64,000 bases of DNA, taken from Betaproteobacteria bacterium. Lineage in GTDB: Bacteria; Pseudomonadota; Gammaproteobacteria; Burkholderiales; CAIKXV01. The stretch lies in the NCBI GenBank assembly GCA_021298815.1, contig JAJTHE010000006.1, positions 1,780 through 65,779 of the forward strand, in the 5' to 3' direction. The notes under the pieces are model-generated. The model was given only the letters and a program-made list of their open reading frames with translations, was not told where the DNA came from and ran no database searches. Below, one piece after another: positions 51,897-60,966 of the stretch. Made by a program: the position numbers and the translations under genes. Position 1 is the first letter of the stretch, and each line of letters starts with the position of its first letter.

Positions 51897-52536
51897 CGAC
51901 ACGGCCGTTCGCGTACCGCTCGCCGGCGCCTCCGGCCGACGCGGGCGCATCGCCCAGCACGGCGGCATCCAGCGCGAACTTCGCGCGCATGTCGGGCATG
52001 CGCGGGGCGAAGGTTGGTTGTGCACGCCGCGCGGCGACGAACAGCCTGGCGCGCTCCTGCTCCAGGTGGCGGTGCAGCCAGGCGCCAAGGACGTTCAGCG
52101 TCGGCTGGTAGCGTTCGTCGAACGGCTTCATGCCGTCCAGCCGCCACATCAGGTCGCGCGCCACCTCGATCTCGATCTCCGCCTCCAGGATCACGCCGGC
52201 ATCGGCCAGCGTCTCGTACAGCACCGGATAGACGCTGCCCACCTTGAGGTCGAAGTGGCTGCGCAGGCCACCGAGCAGGCGCTGCCCGGCCTGCGCCAGG
52301 CTCTCCGCGTCCTTGGCACCGATCTTCGCGGCGCGCGAGAACTGCTGCTCCAGCCTGCGGTGAGCCGCCGTCAGCAGCCCTTCGATCTCCAGCCAGGCGC
52401 TGCGTTCGACCTTCGGATCTGCCGACAGCCGCGCGCGACGGACGGGCTTGCTCGCGTTCGTCCTGGGCGGGGTGCTGGGTGCGTGCACCCCGGTGCGCCC
52501 GCGCGAGGCGACCTCGCCTCGTATGGTTTTAGGCAT
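51808..52536 (-). CDS. Hemerythrin-like protein with degenerate iron ligands
   Basis: LLTAAHRRLEQQF...SHFDLKVGSVYP...EAEIEI...HRHLEQERARLF; GGAGAA RBS. Confidence 0.65.
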   Translation of the reverse strand: MPKTIRGEVASRGRTGVHAPSTPPRTNASKPVRRARLSADPKVERSAWLEIEGLLTAAHRRLEQQFSRAAKIGAKDAESLAQAGQRLLGGLRSHFDLKVGSVYPVLYETLADAGVILEAEIEIEVARDLMWRLDGMKPFDERYQPTLNVLGAWLHRHLEQERARLFVAARRAQPTFAPRMPDMRAKFALDAAVLGDAPASAGGAGERYANGRVVTQEKPPRVPRVANGARGRAVSPAAGFLN

Positions 52537-52574
52537 GACGTTCTCCACGATGAAACCGATTCACCCTGGAGGCA

Positions 52575-52590
52575 TGCAACGCGCATGCCC
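52575..52590 (-). promoter_or_regulatory. Sigma54 promoter for the hemerythrin-like gene
   Basis: GGGCATGCGCGTTGCA. Confidence 0.72.
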
Positions 52591-52686
52591 GCCTCGGGCC
52601 GCAAGCCCGGCGCGCAGCGCGGGGCCGGTGTAACCTCTGCGCCAGGCGCGCCGGACAGGCGCCCTTCCTTCGACGGGAGCACCCGC

Positions 52687-53856
52687 ATGTTCGAATACTT
52701 CCCGAACAACTACACCTGGAGCCTGGCGGTCATGTCCGCCCTCAACCGCGGCGGGCAGGTGTCCGAGATCGACGAGGCCTGCCGGCCGTTGCGCGAGGTC
52801 GCCGGCATCAAGGCCCTGCAGGGCGACCAGACGCAGCAACGTGCCTGGTTCGAGAGCTGGATGAAGCTCGCCGAGCGCGTGCGCCGCCAGGGAGAAGCCG
52901 ACGAGGCGCTCGGACGCACCGTGTCCGCCGGGCGCAAGTACCTGCGTGCCGGCATCTATTTCCTGCTGGCCGAGCGCATGCCGAGCCATCGCGACCCGCG
53001 GCGCCTCGATGCGTTCAGGCGAGGCATCCAGACCTACCGTCGTGGCCTGGAACTGCGGCGCGAACCGATCGAGTATGTCGAAGTGCCGTTCGGCGAACAC
53101 CGGCTGCGCGCGATCTTTTCGAAGGCGCCCGGCGGCGGACCGCATCCCTGCATGGTCCACTTCGACGGCCTGGACGTGACCAAGGAGATCATCTACGCCG
53201 CGACCGGCGACGAGTTCCGCCGGCGTGGCATGTCGATGCTGATCGTCGACCATCCCGGTGCCGGCGAGGCGCTGCGGCTGCAGGGGCTGCCGAGCGGACC
53301 CGACACGGAGAAGCCGGCGGCTGCCTGCGTCGACTACCTCGAGACGCGCGCCGACGTGGATGCATCGCGCCTCGGCATCATGGCGATCTCGCTCGGCGGC
53401 TACTACGCACCGCGCGCCGCGGCGTTCGAGAAACGCTTCCGGTGCGCGGTGGCCTGGGGTGCGATCTTCGACTACGGGAAGACCGTGTCCGACCGCATCG
53501 GCGGCCGCGGAGAGCCGTCGGTGCCCGGCTATGCCGAGCATGTGAACTGGGTGTTCGGCTGCGACACGATAGAGGAATCGCTGAAGATCGTGCGCCAGAT
53601 GACCCTCGAGGGCGTGGCCGACCGCATCACCTGCCCGCTGCTGGTGGTCCATGGCGAGAACGACCGGCAGGTACCGCTGTGGCATGCGCAGAGCACCTAC
53701 GATGCGGCGGTGAACAGCCCGGGGCGCGAACTGAAGATCTTCCGCCTCGCCGATGGCGGCGCGGAGCACTGCGGCGCGGACAACACGCCGCTGGTGGTCG
53801 ACTACATGGCCGACTGGGCCGCGGAGAAGCTGGGAGCCTGCCCCGGCGGTGCCTGA
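52687..53856 (+). CDS. Alpha/beta hydrolase (FrsA/2,6-dihydroxypseudooxynicotine hydrolase-like)
   Basis: FDGLD, VDHPGAGE, AISLGGYYAPRAAAFE, HGEND, AEHC. Confidence 0.85.
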   Translation: MFEYFPNNYTWSLAVMSALNRGGQVSEIDEACRPLREVAGIKALQGDQTQQRAWFESWMKLAERVRRQGEADEALGRTVSAGRKYLRAGIYFLLAERMPSHRDPRRLDAFRRGIQTYRRGLELRREPIEYVEVPFGEHRLRAIFSKAPGGGPHPCMVHFDGLDVTKEIIYAATGDEFRRRGMSMLIVDHPGAGEALRLQGLPSGPDTEKPAAACVDYLETRADVDASRLGIMAISLGGYYAPRAAAFEKRFRCAVAWGAIFDYGKTVSDRIGGRGEPSVPGYAEHVNWVFGCDTIEESLKIVRQMTLEGVADRITCPLLVVHGENDRQVPLWHAQSTYDAAVNSPGRELKIFRLADGGAEHCGADNTPLVVDYMADWAAEKLGACPGGA

Positions 53857-53905
53857 GCACCGGGGCACGGGGGCACCCGGGCGACGGCGCTCCCGCCCAG
53901 GGGCG

Positions 53906-54889
53906 CTATTCGGGCTGGATGCCGGCCCGCTTCGCGATCTCCTGGTTGAGCGCGAGGTCCTGCTTCACGAACTGGGCGAATGCCTCCGGCGTGCTCGCCA
54001 CGGCCTCGACGCCGAGTTCCGCGAACACGGCCCTGACCTCCGGCGTGGCCACCGCGCGCGCGATCTCCGCCTGCAACCGGCGTGCGATCTCCATCGGCGA
54101 TCCGCCCGGAAGCCAGGTGGCATGCCAGCCGGTGAAGTCCACCGGACCCAGGCCTGCCTCCTGGTAGGTCGGCACGTCGGGCAGCACCGGCGAGCGGCGG
54201 ATGCCCGACAGGGTGAGCGCGCGCAGCTTGCCGGCACGGATGAACGGCAGGGCCTGGGTCACGCTCGGGAACATCACCTCCACATGGCCGCCGAGCACGT
54301 CGGCCAGCGCGGGACCGCCGCCCTTGTAGGCGACATGGGTCAGTTGCACCCCGGCGCCGATGCGGAACAGTTCGGCGGCGATGTGGGTGGCGTTGCCGAC
54401 GCCCGCCGATGCGTAGTTGAGGCTGTCCTTGCGTGCACGGGCGAGCGCGATGAACTCCTTGACGTTGCGCACCGGCAACGCGGGATGCACGACCAGCACC
54501 TGGCCGAACGCGCGGGCGACCTGCGACACCGGCAGGAAGTCCGCGATCGGGTCGTAGGGCAGCTTGCGCAGGTAGACCGCGTTCGAGGTGTGCGACCCGG
54601 TGGTGAACAGCAGCGTGTAGCCGTCCTTCGGCGCACGCGCGACCAGGTCGGAGCCGATGGTGCCGCTGGCACCGGGCCGCGACTCGAACACCATCGGCTG
54701 CCCGAGGCTGGCGCCAACCCTTTCGAGCACCGGCCTGGCGACCGCGTCGATCGGGCCACCGCCCGCGAACGGCACGACCACCCGGATCGGCTTCGCCGGC
54801 CATGCCTGCGCATGGACGCCGGCCGCCGGCAGCATGCCTGCCAGTACCACGACCGCAACCCCGACTGCACACGCGCCCTGCCTTCCCAT
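53906..54889 (-). CDS. Bug/TctC substrate-binding protein
   Basis: WPAKPIRVVVPFAGGG, DGYT, HVAYKGGGPA. Confidence 0.92.
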   Translation of the reverse strand: MGRQGACAVGVAVVVLAGMLPAAGVHAQAWPAKPIRVVVPFAGGGPIDAVARPVLERVGASLGQPMVFESRPGASGTIGSDLVARAPKDGYTLLFTTGSHTSNAVYLRKLPYDPIADFLPVSQVARAFGQVLVVHPALPVRNVKEFIALARARKDSLNYASAGVGNATHIAAELFRIGAGVQLTHVAYKGGGPALADVLGGHVEVMFPSVTQALPFIRAGKLRALTLSGIRRSPVLPDVPTYQEAGLGPVDFTGWHATWLPGGSPMEIARRLQAEIARAVATPEVRAVFAELGVEAVASTPEAFAQFVKQDLALNQEIAKRAGIQPE

Positions 54890-54959
54890 CGAAGCCTCCC
54901 GCGTTCCTGGATGTGGTGCTTCGGCTATTCTAGACGCCTCGCCAACCGAGGGAGCAGCG

Positions 54960-56153
54960 ATGGACACCGAACCGATCTTCCCGCGCTTCAGCGATGCCGA
55001 ATACGCGCGGCGCGAGGCCGTCGTCCGGCGCGAGCTCGCGGCTGCCGGGCTGGACGCGGTGATCGCCGTCGGCGACGCCGGCTCGCGCGGGGCGAACCAG
55101 GCCAACGTCGCATGGCTCACCAACTGGTGGGACCCTTATCCGGCCTACGTGGTGATGACGCCCGCGGCCGCTCCGGTGCTGCTGGTGAGCAACCAGCTCT
55201 ACCTGCATACCGCAGAGCGCGCCGCCCGGCCAGTCGAGATGCGCGTGCAGGGCCTGGCACCCGGCGAGGTGCTCGCCCGCTGCCTGGAGGACCTCGGCGT
55301 CGCGCGCGGACGCATCGGCGTGGCGGCGGTGCGCAACGTCGGGCGCGCATCGATGCCGTCGCACCACTTCGACGTGCTGCGTGCGCGCCTGCCGGGGGCG
55401 GAATTCGTCGATGCCACAGACGTCTTCGCGCGTGCGCGGCTGATAAAGAGCGCCGAGGAGATCGCATGGTTCGAACGTGGCGCGGCGCTCACCGACCTGG
55501 CGATGGAGGCGATCGAACGCGAGGTGCGCATCGGCATGCCCGAGTTCCAGCTCTCGGCCATCCTGCACCAGGCGGTGCTGCCCGCCGGGGGCACGCTCAG
55601 GCTGCAGTTCGTCGGCGCGACGCCGATGGACGATCCCGGCCTGATCTTCCCCTGGCAGTACCCGTCGCAGCGGCCGCTGGCGGCCGGGGACGTTCTACTC
55701 ACCGAGATCAGCGCCGGCTGGTGGGGATGCTCGGGGCAGATCCAGCGGCCCTATACGATCGGATGCGCGCCCACTGCCGAGTACCTGCGGCTGTTCGAAC
55801 TCGCGTTCCGGGCCTACGATCGCATCGTCGACGTGCTGCGCCCGGGTGCGACCGATGCCGACGTGCGTGCGGCAGCGTCCTTCCTCGACGACGAAGACTG
55901 CCGCACCTTCGACGTGCTGCTGCACGGCTGGGGCCTGCAGATCGAGGACCCGCGCGTCGACCTGCCGAGCGCGGTGATCCGCCGCGAGCTCAGGCCGGTG
56001 ACCTTCGCCGAAGGCATGCTGCTGGTGGTCCAGCCGCATGTCGTGTCGCCGGATGGCCGGCGCGCGGTGCAGGCGGGCAACCTCGTCGTGGTCGAGGCCG
56101 GCGGTGCGCGGCCGCTGCAGAAGCACCCGATGGGCTTCAACACGCTCTGCTGA
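54960..56153 (+). CDS. M24 (pita-bread) fold hydrolase, creatinase-like
   Basis: Creatinase_N-like start, ARLIKSAEEI, LHGWG, EGMLLVVQP. Confidence 0.8.
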   Translation: MDTEPIFPRFSDAEYARREAVVRRELAAAGLDAVIAVGDAGSRGANQANVAWLTNWWDPYPAYVVMTPAAAPVLLVSNQLYLHTAERAARPVEMRVQGLAPGEVLARCLEDLGVARGRIGVAAVRNVGRASMPSHHFDVLRARLPGAEFVDATDVFARARLIKSAEEIAWFERGAALTDLAMEAIEREVRIGMPEFQLSAILHQAVLPAGGTLRLQFVGATPMDDPGLIFPWQYPSQRPLAAGDVLLTEISAGWWGCSGQIQRPYTIGCAPTAEYLRLFELAFRAYDRIVDVLRPGATDADVRAAASFLDDEDCRTFDVLLHGWGLQIEDPRVDLPSAVIRRELRPVTFAEGMLLVVQPHVVSPDGRRAVQAGNLVVVEAGGARPLQKHPMGFNTLC

Positions 56154-56168
56154 GGCGCCCCGCTGCCG

Positions 56169-57233
56169 CTATTCCGGCTTCGCGCCGGATGCGCGCACCA
56201 GCTTCTCCCACTTCGCGATCTCGCTGCGGATGAAGGCCGCGAACTGCGCCTGGCTGTCGCCGACCGGCTCCAGGCCCTGCGACTCCAGCTTGCCGCGGAT
56301 GTCGGGCGCGGCCAGGATGCGCACCAGTTCGCCGGCGAGCTGCGCGACCACCTCGCGCGGCGTGGCCGCCGGCGCCATCACGCCGTGCCAGGTGCTGGTG
56401 TCGAACCCGGCCAGGCCGCCTTCGGCCATCGTCGGCACCTCGGGCATCATCGACGAGCGCTTCGCGCCCGACACGCCGAGCACCCGCAGGCGGCCAGCCT
56501 TCACCAGCGGCGCCGCCGCCGGCACTGCCAGGAAGTAGACGTCGACCTCGCCCGACATCAACGCGGCCACCGCCGGCCCGGAACCCTTGTACGGCACGTG
56601 CAGCAGGTCCACCCGCCCGAGCGCCCTGATCAGTTCGCCCGACAGGTGGGTGGCGCTGCCGTTTCCGGCCGACGCGTAGTTGAGCACGCCCGGGCGGGCG
56701 CGCGCGAGCGCGACCAGGTCGCGCACCGACTTCGCCGGCACGCCCGGGTGCGCGACCAGCGCATACGGGGTGGACGCGAGCTGCGTCACCGCCACGAAGT
56801 CGCGTTCCAGGCTGTAGCCGAGCTTCGGGAACAGGCTCGCCGCGATCGCGTGCGCGACATTGACCTGGAACAGCGTGTAGCCATCGGGCGCCGCACGCGC
56901 GACGATCTCCGCCGCGAGGTTCCCGGCCGCACCGGGGCGGTTGTCAACCAGCACCGGCTGGCCCCAGGTCTCGGCCAGGCGCTGGGTCACCACGCGCGCG
57001 ACGATGTCGGTGCTGCCGCCCGGCGGGAACGGCAGCACCAGCCGGATGGCGCGGGTCGGGTACTTCTGCTGTGCGTGCACCGTGCTGGCCGGCAGTCCCA
57101 CCAGCAGTACGGCCAGCGGCGCGGCGAGCACGACCCCGGCGCGCAGGCACGGCATTGCAGGCATGGCGACGGCGAGCGGCATGGTCACGTTCAGGGGCTT
57201 GGGCATGCAAGGACCTCGGGATTCGCGGGGCAT
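56169..57233 (-). CDS. Bug/TctC substrate-binding protein
   Basis: YPTRAIRLVLPFPPGGSTD, DNRPGAAG, HVPYKGSGPA. Confidence 0.92.
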   Translation of the reverse strand: MPRESRGPCMPKPLNVTMPLAVAMPAMPCLRAGVVLAAPLAVLLVGLPASTVHAQQKYPTRAIRLVLPFPPGGSTDIVARVVTQRLAETWGQPVLVDNRPGAAGNLAAEIVARAAPDGYTLFQVNVAHAIAASLFPKLGYSLERDFVAVTQLASTPYALVAHPGVPAKSVRDLVALARARPGVLNYASAGNGSATHLSGELIRALGRVDLLHVPYKGSGPAVAALMSGEVDVYFLAVPAAAPLVKAGRLRVLGVSGAKRSSMMPEVPTMAEGGLAGFDTSTWHGVMAPAATPREVVAQLAGELVRILAAPDIRGKLESQGLEPVGDSQAQFAAFIRSEIAKWEKLVRASGAKPE

Positions 57234-57248
57234 CGCACCCCGAGCGTA

Positions 57249-58214
57249 CTACTCCGCGACGATGCCGGACTCCTTCACCACCTTCCCGTAGCGTTCGATC
57301 TCGCGCCGGATGAAGGCCGTGAACTCGGCCGGCGAACTGGCGACCACCTCGCCACCCTGGGCCGCGATGCGCTGGCGCATGTCCTTGGTGGTCAGCGCCG
57401 CCACCGCCTGCTCGGACAGCCTGCCCAGCACCTCGCGCGGCAGGCCGCGCGGCCCGACCAGGCCGTACCAGGCCTGCGACTCGTATCCGGGGAGGCCGGC
57501 CTCGGCGACCGTGGGCAGGTCGGTCCAGGCCGCGTTGCGACGGGGCGAGGTCACGGCGAGCGCGCGCACGCGGCCGCCGGTCACCTGTTCCGGCGAAGTC
57601 GGCTGGATGATCATCATGTCGACGTTGCGCGCCATCAGGTCGGTGAGCGCGGGCGCGCCGCCCTTGTACGGTACGTGGTTGATCTGCAGCCGGCCCTGCC
57701 ATGCGAACAGGGCGCCTGCCAGGTGCTGCGAGGAGCCGATGCCGCCGGACGCGAAGCTCATCGTGCCCGGCTTTGCCCGGGCGAGCGCGAGCAGGTCCTT
57801 CAGGCTGGTCGCGGGCACCCCCGGATGCACCAGCACCAGTTGCGCGAAGGTCGCGCCCAGGCTGATCGGCGTGAAGTCGCGTTCCGTGTCGTAGGGCAGC
57901 TTGCGATAGATCAGCGAATTGATCGCATGGCCGATCGCCACGTAGAGCAGCGTGTAGCCGTCCGGGCTCGCCTTCGCCGTCATCTCGCTGGCGATGATGC
58001 CGTTGGCGCCGGGCCGGTTGTCGACGATCGCCGTCTGGCCCCATGCGTTCGACATCTGGGTCGCCACCACGCGCGCCATGATGTCCGTCGTGCCACCGGG
58101 CGCGAACGGGACCAGCATCCGGATCGGGCGGACCGGGAAGTTCTGGGACGTCTGCGCATGCACCTGTGCGGCGCCCGCGACGAACAGCGCCGCGGCACAG
58201 GCCGCGGCCCTCAT
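57249..58214 (-). CDS. Bug/TctC substrate-binding protein
   Basis: FPVRPIRMLVPFAPGGTTD, DNRPGANG, HVPYKGGAPA. Confidence 0.92.
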   Translation of the reverse strand: MRAAACAAALFVAGAAQVHAQTSQNFPVRPIRMLVPFAPGGTTDIMARVVATQMSNAWGQTAIVDNRPGANGIIASEMTAKASPDGYTLLYVAIGHAINSLIYRKLPYDTERDFTPISLGATFAQLVLVHPGVPATSLKDLLALARAKPGTMSFASGGIGSSQHLAGALFAWQGRLQINHVPYKGGAPALTDLMARNVDMMIIQPTSPEQVTGGRVRALAVTSPRRNAAWTDLPTVAEAGLPGYESQAWYGLVGPRGLPREVLGRLSEQAVAALTTKDMRQRIAAQGGEVVASSPAEFTAFIRREIERYGKVVKESGIVAE

Positions 58215-59083
58215 GCCGCCACCGCCGCGTCCTCGAGCACCACATGCCCGGACGGCGTGCCCATCACCGTGGTGCGCTCCATGTGCCGCCGCAACGACGG
58301 GTCGTAGTCGCCCAGGGCGACATGCATCGTGCAGCGGTTGTCCCAGACGAGGATGTCGTCGGGCCGCCACGTGTGGCGATAGACGAACTGCGGGCGGGTC
58401 GCATGCCGGATCAGGTAGTCGATCAGCGGACGGCTCTCCTCCTCGGTCATGCCCTCGAACGACTTCACCTTCTCGCCGATGTACAGCGCCTTGCGCCCGG
58501 TCTCCGGATGCACGCGCACCACCGGCTGCGCCACCGGGGGGTTCAGCCGCCGGTTCTCCTTCTCCCACTCGGGTGCGACGCCCGCGTTCTTGCGCTCCGG
58601 GCGATGCACGCCGTGCAGGTCGGCGATCAGCTTCTTCATGCCGGCCGACAGCGCCTCGTATGCGGCGTACATGTTCGTGAACATCGTGTCGCCGCCGACC
58701 GGGGGCACCTCCACCCCGCGCAGTAGCGAACCGAGCGAAGGCACCAGCGTGAACGACATGTCGGAGTGCCAGAGCTGCCCGGTGTAGCGGGAGTTCGACG
58801 GCTCGCCATTGGCCTGCGGCAGGTTGGTCACCATCAGCAGTTCCGGGTATTTCGGGTGCCGGTCGCGCGGCAGCGAATCGTGGCGGTCGAGTTCTCCGAA
58901 GCGGCGGCTGAACTCGATGTGCTGCTCGCGGCTGATCTTCTGTCCGCGCAGCAGCAGCACGCCATGTTCGAGGAAGGCGCGGTAGATGCCGCCGAACTCG
59001 GATTCGGACAGCGGCCTGTTCAGGTCGATGCCGACCACTTCGGCGCCGAGCGCATAGGAAAGCGGACTGGTTTCAACGGTCAT
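58211..59083 (-). CDS. TauD/TfdA-family Fe(II)/2-oxoglutarate dioxygenase
   Basis: WHSD, GGDTMF, PVVRVHPETG, WDNRCTMH. Confidence 0.92.
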   Translation of the reverse strand: MTVETSPLSYALGAEVVGIDLNRPLSESEFGGIYRAFLEHGVLLLRGQKISREQHIEFSRRFGELDRHDSLPRDRHPKYPELLMVTNLPQANGEPSNSRYTGQLWHSDMSFTLVPSLGSLLRGVEVPPVGGDTMFTNMYAAYEALSAGMKKLIADLHGVHRPERKNAGVAPEWEKENRRLNPPVAQPVVRVHPETGRKALYIGEKVKSFEGMTEEESRPLIDYLIRHATRPQFVYRHTWRPDDILVWDNRCTMHVALGDYDPSLRRHMERTTVMGTPSGHVVLEDAAVAA

Positions 59084-59203
59084 GCCGGCTCCTCCGGGAA
59101 TGCGGCCGGCTGGCTGCCGGCTTGTCGTGTGCAAGGAGTCTACTGCCGGCCTGCGCGGCGGTGCAAACCCGCGGCGCCGGGCACCTGCGCCGCCGGCCAG
59201 CCT

Positions 59204-60850
59204 TCAGGCGACCGTGCCGTCGGCCGCGCGGCGCAGCACCCGACCCGGCGTCGCACCGGTGTGCACCGCCCGGTCGACCACGACGACGCCGTTGACCACC
59301 ACCGTCGTGCGGGCACCGGTCGGATAGCGGTGCGGATCGGAATAGGTCGCCTGGTCGCGGAAGTCGAGCGGATCGAACAGCACGACGTCGGCGCGCCAGC
59401 CTTCCCGCAAGTAGCCACGGTCGACCAGGCGCAGCTTGTCCGCGGTGGCCCCGGTCATCTTGCGGATGGCGACCTCCATCGGCAGCAGTTGCTGCTCCTG
59501 CACGTAGCGAGACAGCACCCGCGGGAAGGTGCCGTAGAAGCGCGGATGCGGCATGCCCTGGCTGGTGGTGCCGTAGTCGGCGACGCAGTTGCCGTCGGAA
59601 CCGACCAGCGCATCCGGCGAACGGACGATCGCGCGGATATCCTCCTCGGAGATGGAGATCACCAGCACGCGCGTCGCACCGCGGTCCTCGACCAGGTAGT
59701 CGCAGATCGTGTCGATCGGATCGGTGCCACGCTCCTCGGACAACTGGCGAATGGTCTTGCCCGCGTGCTGCGCCAGGTGCGGCGAGATCGAGATCTGCAC
59801 GCAGTCCCAGTCGGGGATGCGTCCCCAGTTGTTCAGCCCCTCGCGCGCGATGTCGGCGCGGATGCGCTCGCGCGTCTGCGGCAGCGGCAGCCGCGCCAGC
59901 ATCTCGTCGACACCGCCGGCCTGCACCCATTGCGGCATCAGGTTCTTCAGCGGGTTGCTGCCCGCGGTGTAGGGATGCGAATCGCAGTGCACCGCGAGCC
60001 CGCGTGCGCGCGCCGCCTGCATCCGCTCGAGGGCGGTCGCCGCCTTGCCCCAGTTGTCCATGCCCGAGGTCTTGAAGTGAACGATCTCGACCGGGATGCC
60101 GCAGGCCTCGGCCATGTCGATCGCCTCGTCCACCGCATCCAGCACCCGGTTCGACTCGTCGCGCACATGCGTGAAGTACCCCGCGTTGTACCGTCGGCAG
60201 ACCCCGCCGAGCGCGACCATCTCGTCGCGTCCGGCATATGAGCCGGGCGAGGTGAACAGCCCGGAGGACAGGCCGAGCGCACCGGCGCGCAGCCCCTCCT
60301 CGAGCAGCTCGCACATCAGGCCCAGTTCCCCGGCCGTCGGCGCACGCTGTTCCATGCCCATCGCCATCAGGCGCAGCGTGTTGTGGCCCACCAGCATCCC
60401 GGCGTTCACCGACGCCGCGGGGAAGGTGTCGAGGTACTCCGGGAAGCCCATCTCGCGGAACGGCAGCCAGGGCGCGCTCGGGGACAGGTAGTCCTTCAGC
60501 AGCTGCACCTTGCCCGGCAGCACCGGCGCAACCGAGAACCCGCAGTGGCCGATGATCTCGGTGGTCACGCCCTGCCGCACCTTGCTCTCGGCCTTCGGGT
60601 TGATCGGCAGCACGAAATCGGAGTGGGTCTTGATGTCTATGAAGCCGGGCGCGGCGGCCAGCCCGGAGGCATCGATCGTGCGCGCTGCCGGCAGGTCGAG
60701 CACGGCGCCGATGGCGGCGATCGCGCCGTCGGCGATCGCCAGGTCGGCGATGCGTCCCGGGCCGCCGGTCCCGTCGTAGACCATCGCGTTGCGCACCAGG
60801 AGGTCGATGGCGGCCGGGGGGATGCTGGAAGGGTGACGCGAATCAGGCAT
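59204..60850 (-). CDS. N-acyl-D-amino-acid deacylase (D-aminoacylase) family
   Basis: APGFIDIKTHSD, QGVTTE...HCG, GALGLSSG, HVRDE, GSDG, PHPRFYGTFPR. Confidence 0.88.
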   Translation of the reverse strand: MPDSRHPSSIPPAAIDLLVRNAMVYDGTGGPGRIADLAIADGAIAAIGAVLDLPAARTIDASGLAAAPGFIDIKTHSDFVLPINPKAESKVRQGVTTEIIGHCGFSVAPVLPGKVQLLKDYLSPSAPWLPFREMGFPEYLDTFPAASVNAGMLVGHNTLRLMAMGMEQRAPTAGELGLMCELLEEGLRAGALGLSSGLFTSPGSYAGRDEMVALGGVCRRYNAGYFTHVRDESNRVLDAVDEAIDMAEACGIPVEIVHFKTSGMDNWGKAATALERMQAARARGLAVHCDSHPYTAGSNPLKNLMPQWVQAGGVDEMLARLPLPQTRERIRADIAREGLNNWGRIPDWDCVQISISPHLAQHAGKTIRQLSEERGTDPIDTICDYLVEDRGATRVLVISISEEDIRAIVRSPDALVGSDGNCVADYGTTSQGMPHPRFYGTFPRVLSRYVQEQQLLPMEVAIRKMTGATADKLRLVDRGYLREGWRADVVLFDPLDFRDQATYSDPHRYPTGARTTVVVNGVVVVDRAVHTGATPGRVLRRAADGTVA

Positions 60851-60966
60851 GGCACGGCTCGCAATTCGGGGACGGATCGATTATAGCTATCGCCGCCGCG
60901 GCGGTTCCGGCATGTACCCTGCGCCTTCGGCGCCGCACGCCCAGTTCGCATCCACGGAGAACGGAA

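Noticed and set aside
37910-52590. tRNA-anchored genomic island
   Set aside because: No integrase, no att repeat and no obvious compositional shift; the block lies on the 5' side of the tRNA and includes the core genes oxyR and serA.
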